Origin: an uncultured Acidobacteriaceae bacterium
GTDB taxonomy: Bacteria > Acidobacteriota > Terriglobia > Terriglobales > Acidobacteriaceae
DNA: 64,000 nt
NCBI GenBank assembly: GCA_963841125.1
Contig: CAWJBH010000010.1
Location: 161,049 to 225,048 of the forward strand
Direction: 5' to 3'
Both the position numbers and the translations under genes were made by a program. Every line of letters begins with the position of its first letter. Position 1 is the stretch's first letter. The notes under the pieces were generated by a model. The model made no database searches and was not told the origin of the DNA. It saw only the letters and a list, made by a program, of their open reading frames with translations. Below are positions 62,114-64,000 of the stretch, piece after piece.

Positions 62114-63276
62114 GCGTGCACAATCGTTGGCGGAGGCTGGCTGCATTGGCCGCCCTATTGGCGATCATGCTGGTGCTGGCCGGCTGCCAGGGCTCGGGGT
62201 CGAATGGCGCCGCTAACGCTGGCAGCGCAAACAACTCGAGCAATCCCGAGCTGTTTACGATTCCGCAAGATCAAATGTCGCATGTGCAGGTGCTGACGGT
62301 GCAGCCCACAACGCTGACTCGATCTCTGCGGCTGACGGGGGCCGTGGCGTACAACAGTTTTCGTACTACGCCGGTCATCACGCAGGTGAGCGGACCGGTG
62401 AGCAGGGTAGTGGTGGTGCCGGGGCAGAAAGTGAGTCAGGGCGAGCCCATGCTGTACGTGGCGAGTCCCGATTACTCGCAGCTTCGTTCCAACTACTTGA
62501 AGGCGAAGGATGTCTACCTATTGGCACAAAAGGCCAACACTCGCGCCAAGGATTTATACGAGCATCATGCGATTGCCGAACAAAACGTGGAGCAGGCGGA
62601 GTCGGCCGAGGTGCAGGCCAGCGGCGACCTGGTGTCCGCGCAGGCGGCTTTGAAAGTTATGGGAGTCACCGATCCTGATGCGCTGGTGAAAGCTCCGCCT
62701 TCATTTGAGGTTCCCGTGAAAGCGCCGATTGGCGGGCTGGTGGTTGAGCAGGATGTTTCCGCGGGACAACTTATTCAACCTGGCACCACGCAATGTTTCA
62801 TGATTTCCGATATCAGCACGGTCTGGGTGCTGGTCAATGTCTATCAAAAGGACTTGCCTTACGTGCGCGTTGGGGATCAGGTCTCCATTCAGACAGATAC
62901 TTATCCGGAAGCGTTCCACGGGCGCATTGCGTATGTGGCAGCATCGCTCGATCCGAGCACGCGCACGCTGCAGGCGCGCATCGAGACCAACAATCCCGGC
63001 GAAAAACTGAAGAAAGACATGTACGTGGTTGCGACGGTAAACGCAGGCACGATCCAAAATGCCATTGCGCTTCCGGATGCGTCTGTGTTGCGCGATAGCG
63101 AGAACCAGCCTTTTGTTTATGCCGCGGCATCTGCGAACCAGTTTGGAAGACGCTCGGTCACGCTCGGAGAAAGCCTGAACGGAAAGACAGAAATTACCAG
63201 CGGGCTAAAGCCGGGGGACCAAGTGGTCGGGAATGGAAGTTTGTTCCTGCAGTTTGCGAACTCACTGCAGCGCTAG
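62110..63276 (+). CDS. RND efflux periplasmic adaptor (membrane fusion protein, CzcB/CusB-like), intact
   Basis: Lipobox LVLAGCQG. GAVAYNSFRTTPVITQVSGPVSRVVVVPGQKVSQGEPMLYVASPD (lipoyl/hairpin region). VWVLVNVYQKDLPYVRVGDQV. Confidence 0.85.
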   Translation: MSVHNRWRRLAALAALLAIMLVLAGCQGSGSNGAANAGSANNSSNPELFTIPQDQMSHVQVLTVQPTTLTRSLRLTGAVAYNSFRTTPVITQVSGPVSRVVVVPGQKVSQGEPMLYVASPDYSQLRSNYLKAKDVYLLAQKANTRAKDLYEHHAIAEQNVEQAESAEVQASGDLVSAQAALKVMGVTDPDALVKAPPSFEVPVKAPIGGLVVEQDVSAGQLIQPGTTQCFMISDISTVWVLVNVYQKDLPYVRVGDQVSIQTDTYPEAFHGRIAYVAASLDPSTRTLQARIETNNPGEKLKKDMYVVATVNAGTIQNAIALPDASVLRDSENQPFVYAAASANQFGRRSVTLGESLNGKTEITSGLKPGDQVVGNGSLFLQFANSLQR

Positions 63277-63343
63277 CCAGATCGGGCAGGCTTTGAGCAA
63301 GCGTTTCAAACACTTTGGCAAGGATAGTGTCCACCACATCTGA

Positions 63344-64000
63344 ATGATCCACCGAATAGTCCAAGCGGCGCTGCGTCAAAGGTTTCTGGTGCTGATGCTG
63401 ACCGCTTTCATCACGGTCGGAGGAATCCTGTCTTTTCAGCGGATGCCTGTGGACGCCTATCCCGACCTCTCGCCTCCGCAGGTTGAAATCATCACCCAGT
63501 GGCCCGACCACGCGGCTGAAGAAGTCGAGCGGTTGGTCACGCTTCCTCTTGAACTTGAAATGAACGGCGTCCCGCACATGGTGGTGATGCGTTCGATCTC
63601 GCTTTATGGGCTGTCGGATCTCATCCTGACCTTCGAGGACAGCACCAACGATTACTTTGCGCGGCAAATCGTTTTTGAGCGGCTGGCGCAAGCTACGTTG
63701 CCGACGGCCGTGACTCCGAGCCTCGCGCCTCTGTTCAGTCCGAGTGGACTGGTGTATCGCTATGTTCTGGAAAGTCCCGACCGCAGTCCGCAGGAACTGA
63801 AAACAATTGAGGACTGGGTGATTGAGAGAGCTTATCGTTCCGTGCACGGCGTGGCTGACGATTCAGGCTTCGGCGGAACGGTGATGCAATATCAGGTGCT
63901 GCTCGACCCGGCGCGTATCTACGGGTATCACCTGACTATTCCACAAGTCAATGCAGCTCTAGCGGCGAATAACTCGAATGCCGGCGGTGGATTTTATTCT
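63344..64000 (+). CDS. RND efflux permease, CusA/CzcA (heavy-metal efflux) family, 3' end cut by window edge
   Basis: An open frame runs from the ATG at 63344 to the window end. MIHRIVQAALRQRFLVLMLTAFITVGGILSFQRMPVDAYPDLSPPQVEIITQWPDHAAEEVERLVTLPLE...SLAPLFSPSGLVYRYVL. It is absent from the ORF track only because it has no stop. Confidence 0.88.
   Translation, partial: MIHRIVQAALRQRFLVLMLTAFITVGGILSFQRMPVDAYPDLSPPQVEIITQWPDHAAEEVERLVTLPLELEMNGVPHMVVMRSISLYGLSDLILTFEDSTNDYFARQIVFERLAQATLPTAVTPSLAPLFSPSGLVYRYVLESPDRSPQELKTIEDWVIERAYRSVHGVADDSGFGGTVMQYQVLLDPARIYGYHLTIPQVNAALAANNSNAGGGFYS

Overview
About 60% G+C chromosomal segment whose protein complement and intergenic repeats look Acidobacteriota (Terriglobia)-like; that placement is inference from memory, with no search run. 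I can support about 50 protein genes and one tRNA-Asn. I found no rRNA, CRISPR array, transposase or integrase.

Gene content:
- Housekeeping: nnr, tsaE, fabI, hrcA-grpE-dnaJ, rsmE, rho, an Mrp/ApbC-type Fe-S carrier, a thiolase, a ComM/YifB-like ATPase and the H+-pyrophosphatase hppA.
- Signalling: three PAS/HAMP sensor kinases, two sigma-54 NtrC-type response regulators, a PilZ protein and a receiver-like protein.
- Envelope and transport: two APC permeases, an OmpA-like protein, a BNR/Asp-box protein, a porin with a PBP-TonB_C partner, and a czcCBA-like RND efflux operon cut by the window end.
- A co-directional LonN / AAA+ / VWA / rhomboid cluster, and a UvrD-type helicase fused to a PD-(D/E)XK nuclease.

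Two properties dominate the window:
1. Many conserved genes, including essential ones, are broken by single-base frame switches while the protein sequence stays well conserved on both sides. The breaks are unevenly distributed. Coordinates of these genes are therefore reconstructed from several ORF fragments and are approximate.
2. Intergenic space is saturated with several families of hairpin repeats. These include inverted heptamer arrays, a MITE-like element with a direct flanking duplication, and a roughly 1.5 kb ORF-free mosaic of nested and tandem repeats at 55.99-57.5 kb. That mosaic is bracketed by two small stand-alone nuclease genes, one PD-(D/E)XK and one GIY-YIG.

I see no recognisable defence island. 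The repeat systems are the most unusual content. All product calls rest on motifs I recognise by eye.
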